A DNA stretch of 64,000 nucleotides from Bdellovibrionales bacterium (GTDB lineage Bacteria; Bdellovibrionota; Bdellovibrionia; Bdellovibrionales; UBA1609): assembly GCA_965219095.1 (NCBI GenBank), contig CBDCMT010000001.1, forward strand, positions 1,984,001 through 2,048,000. Direction: 5' to 3'. The notes beneath the pieces were generated by a model. That model was not told the DNA's origin. It worked only from the letters and a program-made list of their open reading frames with translations, and did no database searches. Shown here piece by piece: positions 1 to 10,292 of this stretch; positions within the stretch are counted from its first letter, which is position 1, and each line of letters starts with the position of its first letter. The position numbers and the translations under genes are program-made.

Positions 1-293
1 GAAAAAATTTGCTTATTCGTATAAGACTGGTTATCCATATGAGATTGATGAGTTTGGAATTTTTTAAAAGGGTTCTAAAAAAATGACAGCTTGCACCATA
101 AAATCAAAAGTTTTCCTAATGATAAAAAAATCTTTTTTAAGTGCCTGTAAAAATTGTATGTTTTTTATAAGAATATAAGAGGATTTCTCTCTTATAAAAA
201 AAATACAAAAGCTACCTTAAAAGCTTGAGTTATGAGAAAGATTTTGTCATAATGCTCTGTAAAGGTTTGACGTCTAAAATAGGAGAGATTTTC

Positions 294-605
294 ATGAAGC
301 CTATGATGAATAAAAAAGTTGCTCTTTTAAGAAAAGGTTCTTCAAAGAAGACTTCGACAAGAACATCAAAGAAAGTCAAAGAACTTATGGAAAAAGTTCG
401 TTTTGAAAGCAAATGGCATCAAATTTATAAACTTAAAGGCGAAGAAAAAGCTAAGGCCTATTCTATGGAAGGTGAGTATGGTCAAAAAAGTACTCTTGTT
501 CATCCGACTTTAGGGTGGGGGTTTGTCTTAAAAAGAAAGGATAAGCGTATTGAAGTTCTTTTTCGATCGGGAATTAAAAGTTTGGTATGCAAACAGTCTT
601 TTTAG
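294..605 (+). CDS. Small basic conserved hypothetical protein
   Basis: AGGAG at 281-285, 8 nt before ATG 294, in frame with ORF 225..605; C-terminal HPTLGWGFV...IEVLF motif. Confidence 0.55.
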   Translation: MKPMMNKKVALLRKGSSKKTSTRTSKKVKELMEKVRFESKWHQIYKLKGEEKAKAYSMEGEYGQKSTLVHPTLGWGFVLKRKDKRIEVLFRSGIKSLVCKQSF

Positions 606-641
606 TAATATAGTATGGAATGGCAAAAGGCGATTTAGAAT

Positions 642-863
642 ATGGCAAAAGGCGATTTAGCTCAATTTGAAGGCAAAGTTGTAGGTGTGTGTGGAGGGGG
701 GCTTTATCAAGTTCAACTAGATGATAATGGCGTGGAGATATCGACAAAACTTTGTGGGCGGATGAGGCAGTTTAGCATTCGTGTTGTTGTAGGCGATAAA
801 GTCACTGTAGGTGTATCTCCTTACGATCCTACAACAGGGCTTATTATTTATCGTCATAAATAA
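642..863 (+). CDS. infA: Translation initiation factor IF-1
   Basis: 73 aa; MAK..EGKV, GRMRQFSIRVVVGDKVTVGVSPYD...GLIIYR. Confidence 0.97.
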   Translation: MAKGDLAQFEGKVVGVCGGGLYQVQLDDNGVEISTKLCGRMRQFSIRVVVGDKVTVGVSPYDPTTGLIIYRHK

Positions 864-870
864 ACTTTAT

Positions 871-3192
871 ATGAAAAATCATTTTACTCCCACTCTTATT
901 GATTATCTTTTGTTAAAAACAAAAGATATATCTGAGGACTCCTTAAAATCTATTTTAGCATGTAAGAAAGAGAACTTATCAGCTATTTATCTAGCAAAGT
1001 ATGAGAGGGTAGGAGTCAAAGATCTATCAACTATTTATTTTGTTTATGATTTGATTGACTATCATTGTAAATTAGAGAAGAAAAAGGAAACTTTTTTAGA
1101 ACGAATCCAAAAAATCGATCATGATGATAAAGACTTAAAATGTAAGATTTCAGAAGCTGATAGTCTTTTTGAGTTAGAAAGCTATTTTGCCCCTTTTAAA
1201 AGACGTTCTAATGTGAAAGCCTCTAAAGCAAGAGGGGCTGGCTTATCTGTTTTTAGCGATGAAATCCTAAAATTAGGACTTTTTGAGAAAACAGAAGAAG
1301 ATCTGTCTTTAGAAGTAAGGGCTAAAGACTATCAGAATGTAGAAAAAGGTTTTACAACTTATGATGAGATTTTAAAAGGAGTTCAGTATATCCTTTCTTA
1401 TAAGGCCCTTTGCCATTCTCATCTTAGAAAAGAAATAAAAAGGATTATTTACAAGGGCTCCATTGAGTTAGAGAAGGGGGACGGGTTAAAGAATGCTAGT
1501 AAAAATAATAGACTTATAGGCTATAAGGAATTTTTAAAAAACCTAAATTCCCCTAAAAATGTTTACCGCTTTTTACAGATTATAAAAGCCCAGAAACAAA
1601 AAGAATTGAAAATTAGTTTGAAGTTTGATGAGCAAACAGCTATTTCAAGGGTGCGTAAATTTTTTGGCTATAAAGAGGTCTCTTCTGTGGCTACTTTTTT
1701 AAATTACTGTTCCAAAGTTACTCTTACGAATCATCTAGCACCTTCCCTTTTCAATGAGATTTTTGAAGAGTTTAAAGAAAGAGCAGAAAGAAAGGTTTTA
1801 GAGATCTTCTCATTCCAAGTAAAAAAACTTCTTTCTAGAAAAGGAACAGGGCCTTCACCTGTTTTAAGTGTTTGGACTTCGAACGATGGCTCCTTCTCTC
1901 TTATGGTCTTAGTAGGCTCTAAAGGAGAATTTATTTCTCATACAACTATTGATCTTTCTAAAAGAGAGGAGATAAAAAAATTGGTTATAGATTTGAACAA
2001 GAAACTTCCTCTCAAAGCCCTAGTTATGAATCGTAGTTATAGACCTCAGTATAATATTTTTAAAGAGATGATAAGTTCGTTTGACTTTCCTTTAGTTATG
2101 CTCAACCCTCAAAATGCTTTAGCTTTTTTGAAGCTTCAAAAGGACAAAGAGAAGAGAGAAGGAAAAAATAAAGAAAAGAAAGAAAAAAATCAAAGTAAGT
2201 CAGTAAGTGATGAGGAAAAAAAATGTTTAAATTTAGCTCTATTTTTAGCACGAGAACTTCAGAATCCTTTTTTACAATTGTCTCAGCTATCTCCAGAAAC
2301 AAGCTTTGGGTTTCCTTTCAATGAACTTCCTGTTGAAAAAACTCGTAAAATCTTTCAGAGAAGATTTGAAGAAGCCTTAGCTAAAGAAGGCTTAGATCTT
2401 AATGAAGCCCCTGAAGTTCTCTTGAAAAAAGTTTGTGGCATTGATGAAGTACAAGCCCAAGAAATTGTTAAAAAGTGCCCTTTTGAAACTTTAAAGAAGC
2501 TTTCTGAAATCTTATCCGATAAAGATTTTAAACAGGCGGCATGTTTTTTAAGACTATCAAAATCTTCTCATATTTTAGATACTACCGATCTTCATCCTCG
2601 TCATTATGCAGTTGTATGGGATATGATTAAAAGTTTGAAATTAAAGTCAGATGATGTACTTAAACCCATTTTTAAGGAAAAAATAGAAGTTGAAAAACAA
2701 AAATGGATCAAAATTTTAGGAAAAAATGATTACTATCAGATTATAAACACCTTGCAAAAAACTCCTAAAGAAAAAAAATTCAAAGCCTTTTATTTCTCAG
2801 AAGACCTTAATGAATTCCAAGACTTAAAAGAGGATAAAGTGTACTGGGGGCAGATTCAGTCTGTTGCTCCTTTTGGTTTTTTTATTGATTTAGGTCTTGA
2901 TATCCATGGGTTTATGCCTTTGAAAGAAATTGTTAGTGATCAGATCAAAAGACCTTTGAGTTATTTGAGCCGGGGAGATTGGCTACAGGTGAGTCTGAGG
3001 AAAATGGATTTAGAAAAAAAACAATTCTCTCTAAAAAGAGCTTTTGTTTCCAAAAAAGCTTTACCTAAGACTTCTTACAAATCAAGTAAGAAGAAAAAGA
3101 AACCTAAATTTTCAGAAACGTCTTCAAGAAAACATAAGGAGGTTTTCAATAATCCCTTTGAACAACTTCAGAAGCTAAAAGGTAAATTATAG
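871..3192 (+). CDS. Divergent Tex-like transcription accessory protein (HhH and C-terminal S1 domain)
   Basis: LESYFAPFKRR..KASKARGAGL, ARELQNP, GLDLNEA, LDTTDLHP, S1 VAPFGFFIDLG, terminal FNNPF; ATG 871 just after infA. Confidence 0.8.
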   Translation: MKNHFTPTLIDYLLLKTKDISEDSLKSILACKKENLSAIYLAKYERVGVKDLSTIYFVYDLIDYHCKLEKKKETFLERIQKIDHDDKDLKCKISEADSLFELESYFAPFKRRSNVKASKARGAGLSVFSDEILKLGLFEKTEEDLSLEVRAKDYQNVEKGFTTYDEILKGVQYILSYKALCHSHLRKEIKRIIYKGSIELEKGDGLKNASKNNRLIGYKEFLKNLNSPKNVYRFLQIIKAQKQKELKISLKFDEQTAISRVRKFFGYKEVSSVATFLNYCSKVTLTNHLAPSLFNEIFEEFKERAERKVLEIFSFQVKKLLSRKGTGPSPVLSVWTSNDGSFSLMVLVGSKGEFISHTTIDLSKREEIKKLVIDLNKKLPLKALVMNRSYRPQYNIFKEMISSFDFPLVMLNPQNALAFLKLQKDKEKREGKNKEKKEKNQSKSVSDEEKKCLNLALFLARELQNPFLQLSQLSPETSFGFPFNELPVEKTRKIFQRRFEEALAKEGLDLNEAPEVLLKKVCGIDEVQAQEIVKKCPFETLKKLSEILSDKDFKQAACFLRLSKSSHILDTTDLHPRHYAVVWDMIKSLKLKSDDVLKPIFKEKIEVEKQKWIKILGKNDYYQIINTLQKTPKEKKFKAFYFSEDLNEFQDLKEDKVYWGQIQSVAPFGFFIDLGLDIHGFMPLKEIVSDQIKRPLSYLSRGDWLQVSLRKMDLEKKQFSLKRAFVSKKALPKTSYKSSKKKKKPKFSETSSRKHKEVFNNPFEQLQKLKGKL

Positions 3193-3324
3193 GCCTAAGG
3201 TCTTGGAAAAAAGTTTGAAAGCTAGTTTTGAGAGTCTTGTTTTTTAGACTTAAGGACTTAAACATAGTGCGTTATCGTTTTTTTTTCTTGCAAGTCTTAG
3301 TTTTTCAACTCATTTTAATTTTAT

Positions 3325-5931
3325 ATGAAACTAGTTATTGTGGAGTCTCCTACAAAGGCGAAGACCATTAGTAAGTTTTTAGGAAAAGGCTATATGGTGA
3401 CCTCATGTATGGGTCATGTTCGAGATCTTCCTAGTTCAGCAAAAGACATTCCTGAAAAGTATAAAAAACAATCTTGGGCTCATTTAGGAGTGGATGTTAA
3501 CAATGAGTTTTCTCCTATATATTGTATTCCTAAAAATAAAACAAAAGTTATCAAAGAGTTAAAGCAGTCTTTGTCTAAAGCTGAGGAGTTGATTTTAGCA
3601 ACAGATGAAGATAGGGAAGGAGAGAGCATTAGTTGGCATTTGTTAGAAATCTTATCCCCTAAAGTTCCTGTTAAAAGGATGGTTTTTCATGAGATCACTA
3701 AAAATGCTATTCAAAAAGCTCTTAAAAACTTTCGTGGTGTGAATAACAATTTAGTTGAAGCTCAAGAGGCAAGACGTGTGATTGATCGGTTAGTGGGTTA
3801 CACCATCTCCCCTCTTTTGTGGAAAAAAATAAGTTATGGACTTTCAGCAGGACGAGTGCAATCAGTAGCTATGAAGTTGATTACAGAAAGAGAGTTTGAA
3901 AGAATTGTTTTTAAGAGAGTAAAGTACAGCGGTTTGTCAGCTACTTTTGAAAAAGACAAAAAAGAATTTCAAGGACATCTCATAAGTTATCAATCAAAGA
4001 AAATTGCTATAGGGAAAGATTTTGATTCTCATACAGGAAAGCTTTTAGAAAAGTCAAAAAACTATCTTTGGTTAAGTGAAAAAAAATCACAAGATATAGT
4101 CAAAGCTATTGAAGGTGAAAAAGCCTATGTGGAATCAGTAGAGAAAAAGCCTGTTTTTAAAAAACCTCCCAGCCCCTTTATTACTTCTACTTTGCAACAG
4201 GAAGCTAATAGAAAACTCAAATGGAGTGCTAAGGAGACTATGTCGGTAGCACAAAAACTTTATGAAAGAGGTCTTATAACTTATATGAGAACCGATTCGA
4301 CTTTTCTTTCAAAAGAATCTATTCAAGGAACTAGAGATCTTATTAAAAAACTTTATGGAAACCAGTATCTTCCCCAAAAACCAAGAGATCATACAAGAAA
4401 AAAATCTAAAGGAGCTCAAGAAGCTCATGAAGCTATACGTCCTGCAGGGAGTGAGTTTAAAATCCCTGATGCATCAGGGTTAAGAGGTTCAAGCTTAGAA
4501 CTTTACTCTCTTATTTTTAAAAGAACTCTTGCTTGTCAGATGAAAGAAGCTGAGCAGAAGCAGGTTTCTGTAAAAATTAAAAAAGGAGAATCTTTGTTTT
4601 CTGCAACAGGTCTTACAACAGAATTTGATGGGTTTTTAAGAGTTTATGATATGAAGACAGAGAGAGTGGTTTTACCTAAAATGAACTTTCAACAGGAGGT
4701 GGATACTAAAAAACTTGAAGCTACCTCTCATGAGACCAAGCCTCCGGCTCGATTCACAGAGGCCTCTCTTATTCAAAAGCTGGAAAAAGAAGGCGTAGGA
4801 AGACCCTCTACCTATGCTCCTATCATTTCTACCATTCAAGAAAGAGGTTATGTGAAAAAAGAAGGGAACATTCTTTTTCCTACTTTTACGGCCATTGCGG
4901 TAGCACGTTTTTTGAAACAATATTTGCCTGACTATGTGGATTTAAATTTTACTTCCAAGATGGAGGAGAGCTTAGACGAAATTGCAAAAGGTCATTTAAA
5001 CAGAACTCATTATTTATCAGGGGTTTATTTTGGTGAAAATGGCTTGAAGGAAAAAGTGGATTTTCAAGAAAAAAATATAGAGCCTGAAGAGGCACGAAAG
5101 ATTGAAATGGAAACGATTAAAGATATTTCTATTCGTATAGGTCGTTATGGGGCTTATATTTGTCGTCAAGAAAAGGAAGGAGAAGTTTGTGCTTCTTTAC
5201 CTGAAAATCTGTGTCCGGAGGAACTTACCATGGAATTAGCTCATAAGATTATTGATCAAAAACTTGCAGGAAATGATTCTTTAGGTCAGGATCCTAAGAC
5301 AGGCGATCCTATTTTCGCTCTTTCAGGACGTTTTGGACCTTATGTTCAAAGAGGAGACAGCAGTGATTCTAAGAATCCAGTCAAAAGGGTGTCTCTTCCT
5401 CCTCAATGGCAACTTGAGGATGTGGATCTTAAAAAAGCTCTCTGGCTTATAGATTTACCTAAAGTTTTAGGTATATGTCCTAAGACAAAAAAGGAGATCA
5501 AATTAGGAATAGGTCGGTTTGGCCCCTTTGTAGTCTGCAATAGCGACTTTCGCTCCATCCCTAAAGTAAAAGATATTATGAGTGTTGATTTGAACTGGGC
5601 TTTAGAGACTTTCAGTAAAGAAAAAATAGGACGTCGATCTAAAAAAATTATACAAGAATTAGGCTTTCATCCTAGGACTGAAGAGAAAGTTCAAGTAATG
5701 ACAGGTCGCTATGGGGATTACCTTCGCTGTGGAAAAGTCAACGTGTCTTTACCTGAAGATCAAAATCCTAAGACCATAAGTCTTCATGAGGCTTTGAAAC
5801 TTTTAGGGGAGAAGCTTGTTGTTAAAAAGAAACCTAGGAGTGCTAGAAAAAAACTAAGTCCTTCTGAAAAAAAACCAAAGGTCAAAAAAAATAAAACATC
5901 TGTAAAAGTTATTAGAAGAAAAAGAAAGTGA
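3325..5931 (+). CDS. topA: DNA topoisomerase I (type IA) with C-terminal GRF/YGPY repeats and Lys-rich tail
   Basis: LVIVESPTKAKTI, ATDEDREGE, SAGRVQS, LITYMRTDS, GVGRPSTYA. Confidence 0.98.
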   Translation: MKLVIVESPTKAKTISKFLGKGYMVTSCMGHVRDLPSSAKDIPEKYKKQSWAHLGVDVNNEFSPIYCIPKNKTKVIKELKQSLSKAEELILATDEDREGESISWHLLEILSPKVPVKRMVFHEITKNAIQKALKNFRGVNNNLVEAQEARRVIDRLVGYTISPLLWKKISYGLSAGRVQSVAMKLITEREFERIVFKRVKYSGLSATFEKDKKEFQGHLISYQSKKIAIGKDFDSHTGKLLEKSKNYLWLSEKKSQDIVKAIEGEKAYVESVEKKPVFKKPPSPFITSTLQQEANRKLKWSAKETMSVAQKLYERGLITYMRTDSTFLSKESIQGTRDLIKKLYGNQYLPQKPRDHTRKKSKGAQEAHEAIRPAGSEFKIPDASGLRGSSLELYSLIFKRTLACQMKEAEQKQVSVKIKKGESLFSATGLTTEFDGFLRVYDMKTERVVLPKMNFQQEVDTKKLEATSHETKPPARFTEASLIQKLEKEGVGRPSTYAPIISTIQERGYVKKEGNILFPTFTAIAVARFLKQYLPDYVDLNFTSKMEESLDEIAKGHLNRTHYLSGVYFGENGLKEKVDFQEKNIEPEEARKIEMETIKDISIRIGRYGAYICRQEKEGEVCASLPENLCPEELTMELAHKIIDQKLAGNDSLGQDPKTGDPIFALSGRFGPYVQRGDSSDSKNPVKRVSLPPQWQLEDVDLKKALWLIDLPKVLGICPKTKKEIKLGIGRFGPFVVCNSDFRSIPKVKDIMSVDLNWALETFSKEKIGRRSKKIIQELGFHPRTEEKVQVMTGRYGDYLRCGKVNVSLPEDQNPKTISLHEALKLLGEKLVVKKKPRSARKKLSPSEKKPKVKKNKTSVKVIRRKRK

Positions 5932-6010
5932 TTTATTTTGATCTGAGGCACTTTCGACTAGTTTCCTGAAGAAAGGTGATTTTTTACCTATCTTCTGTTA
6001 TTATTAAAAC

Positions 6011-8050
6011 ATGGAAAAGATCTTATTTCTTGCTATTTTGTTATTTCTCCCTCTTTTACAAGCTGAACTTAAATGTGAACATATTTACTCTGTAAAAACT
6101 CAGTTTTTTTTAAATAGTCATATTAAAAAGATAAAAATGAATCAGTTTTTAGAAAACAAAAGCGTTTCCTCTTTTATAGATAATCTTGACCCTGGAAAAA
6201 TGTACTTGACCCAAGTTGAAGCTCGTAAATTAAAAAAAATGATGAAAGGTATTTTTAATGAAACTCGGAAAGGAAAGTGTAAGGTTATTATAAGTGTTTA
6301 TAAACAGTTTTTGAAATACTTTGATAAACGTATAGAATTTATTAGAAGGACTTTAAAGTCACCTCAGTTTAAATTGATTGCAGAAACTTCTATAAAAACA
6401 AAAAAGAATAAAAAAAGATCTTTGACTCTCAAGGATTCATTAAAAAATCAGGAAAAGCATCTTCAAATACAAGTTGCTAGATGGAAAGATAAAGAGATGT
6501 CTTTTCAAAAGGCTAAAACATTGGTTTTAAAGTTCTATCAGAGGTTTTATGCTCGTCTTCAATCACGGACTGATGAACAAATCTTTAGTGAGTATTTAAA
6601 AGCTTTCGCAAGAAGCTTAGATCCCCATTCGAATTACTTTTCTAGAGAAGAATGGAATGATTTTCAGATTGGTCTGAAGCTTTCTTTTGAGGGAATAGGA
6701 GCTCACTTAAGATTTGATGAATTAGATGGTTTAACTACAGTTCATGATTTAGTAGAAGGAGGAGCTGCGGAAAGAGGAGGGAAGTTAAAACGTGAAGATA
6801 AGATTGTCGCTGTAGCTCAAGGAACAAAAGGCAGATCTGAAATCCCTAAGGATAAGCTCAAATTTGAAGATGTGGTCGGCCTTGATATTTCGAAAGTTGT
6901 AAAAAAGATCAAAGGACCTAGAGGGACAAGTGTTTATTTAAAAGTTTTAAGGAAAGTGAAGAAAAAAGAAAAAAAAGTTTTTGTTAAAATTGTAAGGGAT
7001 AAAATTAAATTAGAAAGCAAAAGAGCCTCCATATCTTACGTAGAAAGTTATATTAAAGGAAAACCAAAGAAGATTGGAATTATTAGGCTCTCTTCTTTTT
7101 ATGCCGACCGGAAAGGGTTTGCTTCAAGTGAAGATGTTAAAAACCTTTTGATCGAAGCTAAGAAAAAATCTGTAAGCGGTATTGTTTTAGATCTTAGTAA
7201 AAATAGTGGTGGTGTTTTGAATGAAGCTGTTAAGATCTCAGGTTTGTTTTTTAAAAGTGGAAATGTAGTGAAACAGTCGCAAAAAAATCACCCCCCCGTA
7301 CTCTTAAGAGATAAGGATGGAAAAACTTATTTTAAAGGGCCTTTAGTGGTTTTAATTGATAGAGAAAGTGCAAGTGCTAGTGAGATTGTGGCAGGGGCTT
7401 TAAAGGATTATAAGAGGGCTATCGTTGTAGGAGGGGCTCATACTTTTGGAAAAGGAACTGTTCAAATGGTAAACATCATTCCTCACCCTTCTCCCCTTAA
7501 GACAAAAGATGTTTTAGGAGCTACAAAAACAACAGTGGGTTTGTTTTTTATTCCCGGAGGTTTTTCAACACAGCACATAGGAGTCTCTTCCGACATTACT
7601 TTTCCTAGTGCTTATGATTATGTAGAGGCTTTTCTTGAAAAAGATCAACCTAATGCCCTACCTCCTGAGAAGATGGTAACTTTTCTTTCAGAAGAGGCTT
7701 ATAGTGGAGGCTGGAAGAAAGTGACTACAAAGCTTAAAAAGTTCTTAGCTTTCAAATCTAAAAAAAGGATTAAAAAAAATAAAGATTTCGAAAAGATCAT
7801 AGCTGAAGGCAAGGAGTATAAACAAAAAGATAATCAATATCTTTCCGTCAAAGAGGTTTTAGATTCTTCTGATGAGAGACTAAAACAAAAAAAGAAACTT
7901 GAAGCTAATAAAAAGCTCACAAAAGCTCAGAAAAAAGCCAGCCAAAAAAAAGACTACTTAAACAGTCCTTACATTAAAGAGGCTGTGAACATCCTTTCTG
8001 ATATGCTTAAGTATTATGATAAAAATACAGCACTTTCTTCTTCCACTTAA
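6011..8050 (+). CDS. Tail-specific/C-terminal processing S41 protease (Prc-like, PDZ domain), signal peptide
   Basis: SLDPHSNYFS, EGIGA, LDLSKNSGG, SASASEIVAGALKDY, TFGKGTVQ. Confidence 0.93.
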   Translation: MEKILFLAILLFLPLLQAELKCEHIYSVKTQFFLNSHIKKIKMNQFLENKSVSSFIDNLDPGKMYLTQVEARKLKKMMKGIFNETRKGKCKVIISVYKQFLKYFDKRIEFIRRTLKSPQFKLIAETSIKTKKNKKRSLTLKDSLKNQEKHLQIQVARWKDKEMSFQKAKTLVLKFYQRFYARLQSRTDEQIFSEYLKAFARSLDPHSNYFSREEWNDFQIGLKLSFEGIGAHLRFDELDGLTTVHDLVEGGAAERGGKLKREDKIVAVAQGTKGRSEIPKDKLKFEDVVGLDISKVVKKIKGPRGTSVYLKVLRKVKKKEKKVFVKIVRDKIKLESKRASISYVESYIKGKPKKIGIIRLSSFYADRKGFASSEDVKNLLIEAKKKSVSGIVLDLSKNSGGVLNEAVKISGLFFKSGNVVKQSQKNHPPVLLRDKDGKTYFKGPLVVLIDRESASASEIVAGALKDYKRAIVVGGAHTFGKGTVQMVNIIPHPSPLKTKDVLGATKTTVGLFFIPGGFSTQHIGVSSDITFPSAYDYVEAFLEKDQPNALPPEKMVTFLSEEAYSGGWKKVTTKLKKFLAFKSKKRIKKNKDFEKIIAEGKEYKQKDNQYLSVKEVLDSSDERLKQKKKLEANKKLTKAQKKASQKKDYLNSPYIKEAVNILSDMLKYYDKNTALSSST

Positions 8051-8098
8051 AAACTTTGGTTATGTTCTTTCTTATAAGACTTAGATACTTCACTTATA

Positions 8099-9234
8099 TA
8101 GTGCTTCCGCTTAGGTTTTCCGTTTTTTTTTGAGTTGAGGTCTAGTTTTTATTCTAAGGCCTTGATAAAAAGTCATTTATTTTTAAAAATAGTTTCATAT
8201 GTCAGGGTTTCTATCAAAAAAAGAGCGAGAAGATTTACTCTATGAACTATCTTTAGAGAAAAATATTAAATACGCAAAAAGGATTATGACAATTCTCCAT
8301 TTAGATAAAGGTAAGTTGTGTAAAGATATTGCCTGCTTTCTTTTCATTGATGAGGGCACGATAAGAGCCTGTAGAGATCGTTATAACAAAGCAGGATAGA
8401 GTGCTTAATCAACGACAATTACAACCCTAAAAGGTCCTTTTTAACTAAGAAAGAGGAGAAAATGCTTTTAAAGGAATTAGAGAAAAGAATTTTTCCATCA
8501 TCACAGACCGTTATTCAGTTCATTGAGGAGAATTTTGGTGTTACGTACTCAACAAGTGGTGTAATTGATCTTCTCCATCGCCTTGGTTTTTCTTATAAAA
8601 AAGCCACAGCGATACCGGGTAAGGCAAAGAGAGAAGAGCAGAAAAAGTTTGTGCGTAAATACAAGAGAATTAAGAAGAAAGAGGGTCCTGTTTACTTTGC
8701 TGATTCCACACATCCTGAGTGGGCCCTACGATTTCATATGGTTGGATAAGAGAGGGTAAGAAGTTTGAAGTGAAGACCAATTCAGGCTGGAGAAAAAGAG
8801 TGAATGTCTGTGGAGCTATTGAGATCAATAGTTTGAAGACGGTAGTCAGGAGTTATAAGACAGTTAACCATGTTTCCATATGTGATATGCTCCATCATAT
8901 TCATTAAGAAGTATTCCGATGAAAAAGAGATTCATCTTATCTTAGATGGGGCCGGATACAATAGATCGAAGTCTGTCAAGAAGTTAGCGAAAGAGTTGAA
9001 TATAAAACTTGTTTATCTTCCTCCGTACTCACCGAATTTAAATCCTATAGAAAGGCTTTGGAAGTTTATGAAAAAAGAGGTCACAGCAAATCGCTATTAT
9101 GAAAATTATGACGATTTCAAGGGAAGTTTAAGTCAATTTTTTAGAGGAATACGAAAACACAGAGCTAAATTAGAAACTTTGATAACTGATAACTTCTCTA
9201 TCTTAGGAACTTGAAAACCTAAACGGAAGCACTA
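8099..9234 (+). mobile_element. IS630-family element (type A), transposase disrupted
   Basis: 22-bp IRs tagtgcttccg(c/t)ttaggttttc at 8099-8120 and 9213-9234; TA duplication at 8097-98 and 9235-36. Confidence 0.93.
8199..9214 (+). pseudogene. IS630 transposase pseudogene
   Basis: Fragments 8199-8399, 8462-8749, 8719-8907, 8870-9214; LGFSYKK, ILDGAGY, YLPPYSPNLNPIERLW. Confidence 0.92.
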
Positions 9235-9296
9235 TATGACGCTTAACTTAATAAAAGTTTTTGTGATTTGTTAAAAGATAGAGTAAGATAGTTTTG

Positions 9297-10292
9297 ATGT
9301 TAAGCCCTGAATTATCAGATGAACTTCTTATTAAAATATATAAACTTATGGTGAAGTCTCGTGTTTTAGAAGAGAGGCTTATAAAAATTTATAAATTAGG
9401 ACAAAGTTTTTTTTGGATAGGAGGCCCCGGGGAGGAGGCCTTTGGTGTTCCCTTAGGTCTTTTGGTGGATAAGGGACAGGGTTTACAAAAGGACTGGCTT
9501 CACCTTCATTACCGAAGCACTTCTACCTTAGTGGCTTTGGGATTAGAGTCTGTTGATGCTTTTCGTCTTATGATGAACAAAAAAACGGATCCTTGTACAG
9601 GGGGAAGAAACTTTGCAGGTCATTACTGTTTTCCACAGTGGAATGTGGTTCCTGTAAGCTCCCCTATAGAGGTTCAATACAGTATGGCTATTGGAACAGC
9701 TTATGTTCAAAGACGTAGTCAGTCTAGAGCTTTAACAGTGGTGACAGGGGGGGATGCAGGTACGGCTGAAGGAGACTTTGCTTCTTGCTTAATCTGGGCT
9801 AGCCGTCCTGGCAAAGAACTTCCTCTTTTGATCACTGTACAGGATAACCGGTGGGGAATTTCAACCCCCTATGAAACTCAACATGGGGAGGAGTTGATCT
9901 CTCATAGAGCGAAAGCTTTTGGGATTCGTTCAGAAACTATTAATGGCAATGATCCTATTGAAGTTTATTGTTCTTTAAAAAAAAACATGGATTACATAAG
10001 AGAAACCAAAAGACCTGTTTTATTGGAATTTAAAGTGTCTAGGCTCTACGGTCATTCTTCGGCAACAGGAGCTAACTATTGTGATGAAGTGTGTTGTTTG
10101 AAGTTGTATGAAGAAAAACTTAAAAAGCAAAAGCTTATTACTGATCATCAGATAAAAAAAACCTATGAAAGATATAAAAAAGAGATGCTTGAAGCTTATG
10201 AAAAAGCCCAAAAGGAAACTTCTCCTGACAAAAATAGTGTTTGGGATCATGTTTACGCTAATGGTGAAAACGCAGATTGGAGACAATTTTAA
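9297..10292 (+). CDS. 2-oxoacid (branched-chain/pyruvate) dehydrogenase E1 alpha
   Basis: TPP motif GDAGTAEGD...DN, RLYGHSS. Confidence 0.9.
   Translation: MLSPELSDELLIKIYKLMVKSRVLEERLIKIYKLGQSFFWIGGPGEEAFGVPLGLLVDKGQGLQKDWLHLHYRSTSTLVALGLESVDAFRLMMNKKTDPCTGGRNFAGHYCFPQWNVVPVSSPIEVQYSMAIGTAYVQRRSQSRALTVVTGGDAGTAEGDFASCLIWASRPGKELPLLITVQDNRWGISTPYETQHGEELISHRAKAFGIRSETINGNDPIEVYCSLKKNMDYIRETKRPVLLEFKVSRLYGHSSATGANYCDEVCCLKLYEEKLKKQKLITDHQIKKTYERYKKEMLEAYEKAQKETSPDKNSVWDHVYANGENADWRQF

Noticed and set aside
811..870. GTG start of the Tex ORF at 811
   Set aside because: Overlaps infA; ATG 871 is more plausible
8199..9214. Stop-codon reassignment or programmed recoding to explain the broken ORFs
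   Set aside because: Breaks are confined to IS and accessory genes and mix stops with frameshifts; core genes end normally at TAA, TAG and TGA
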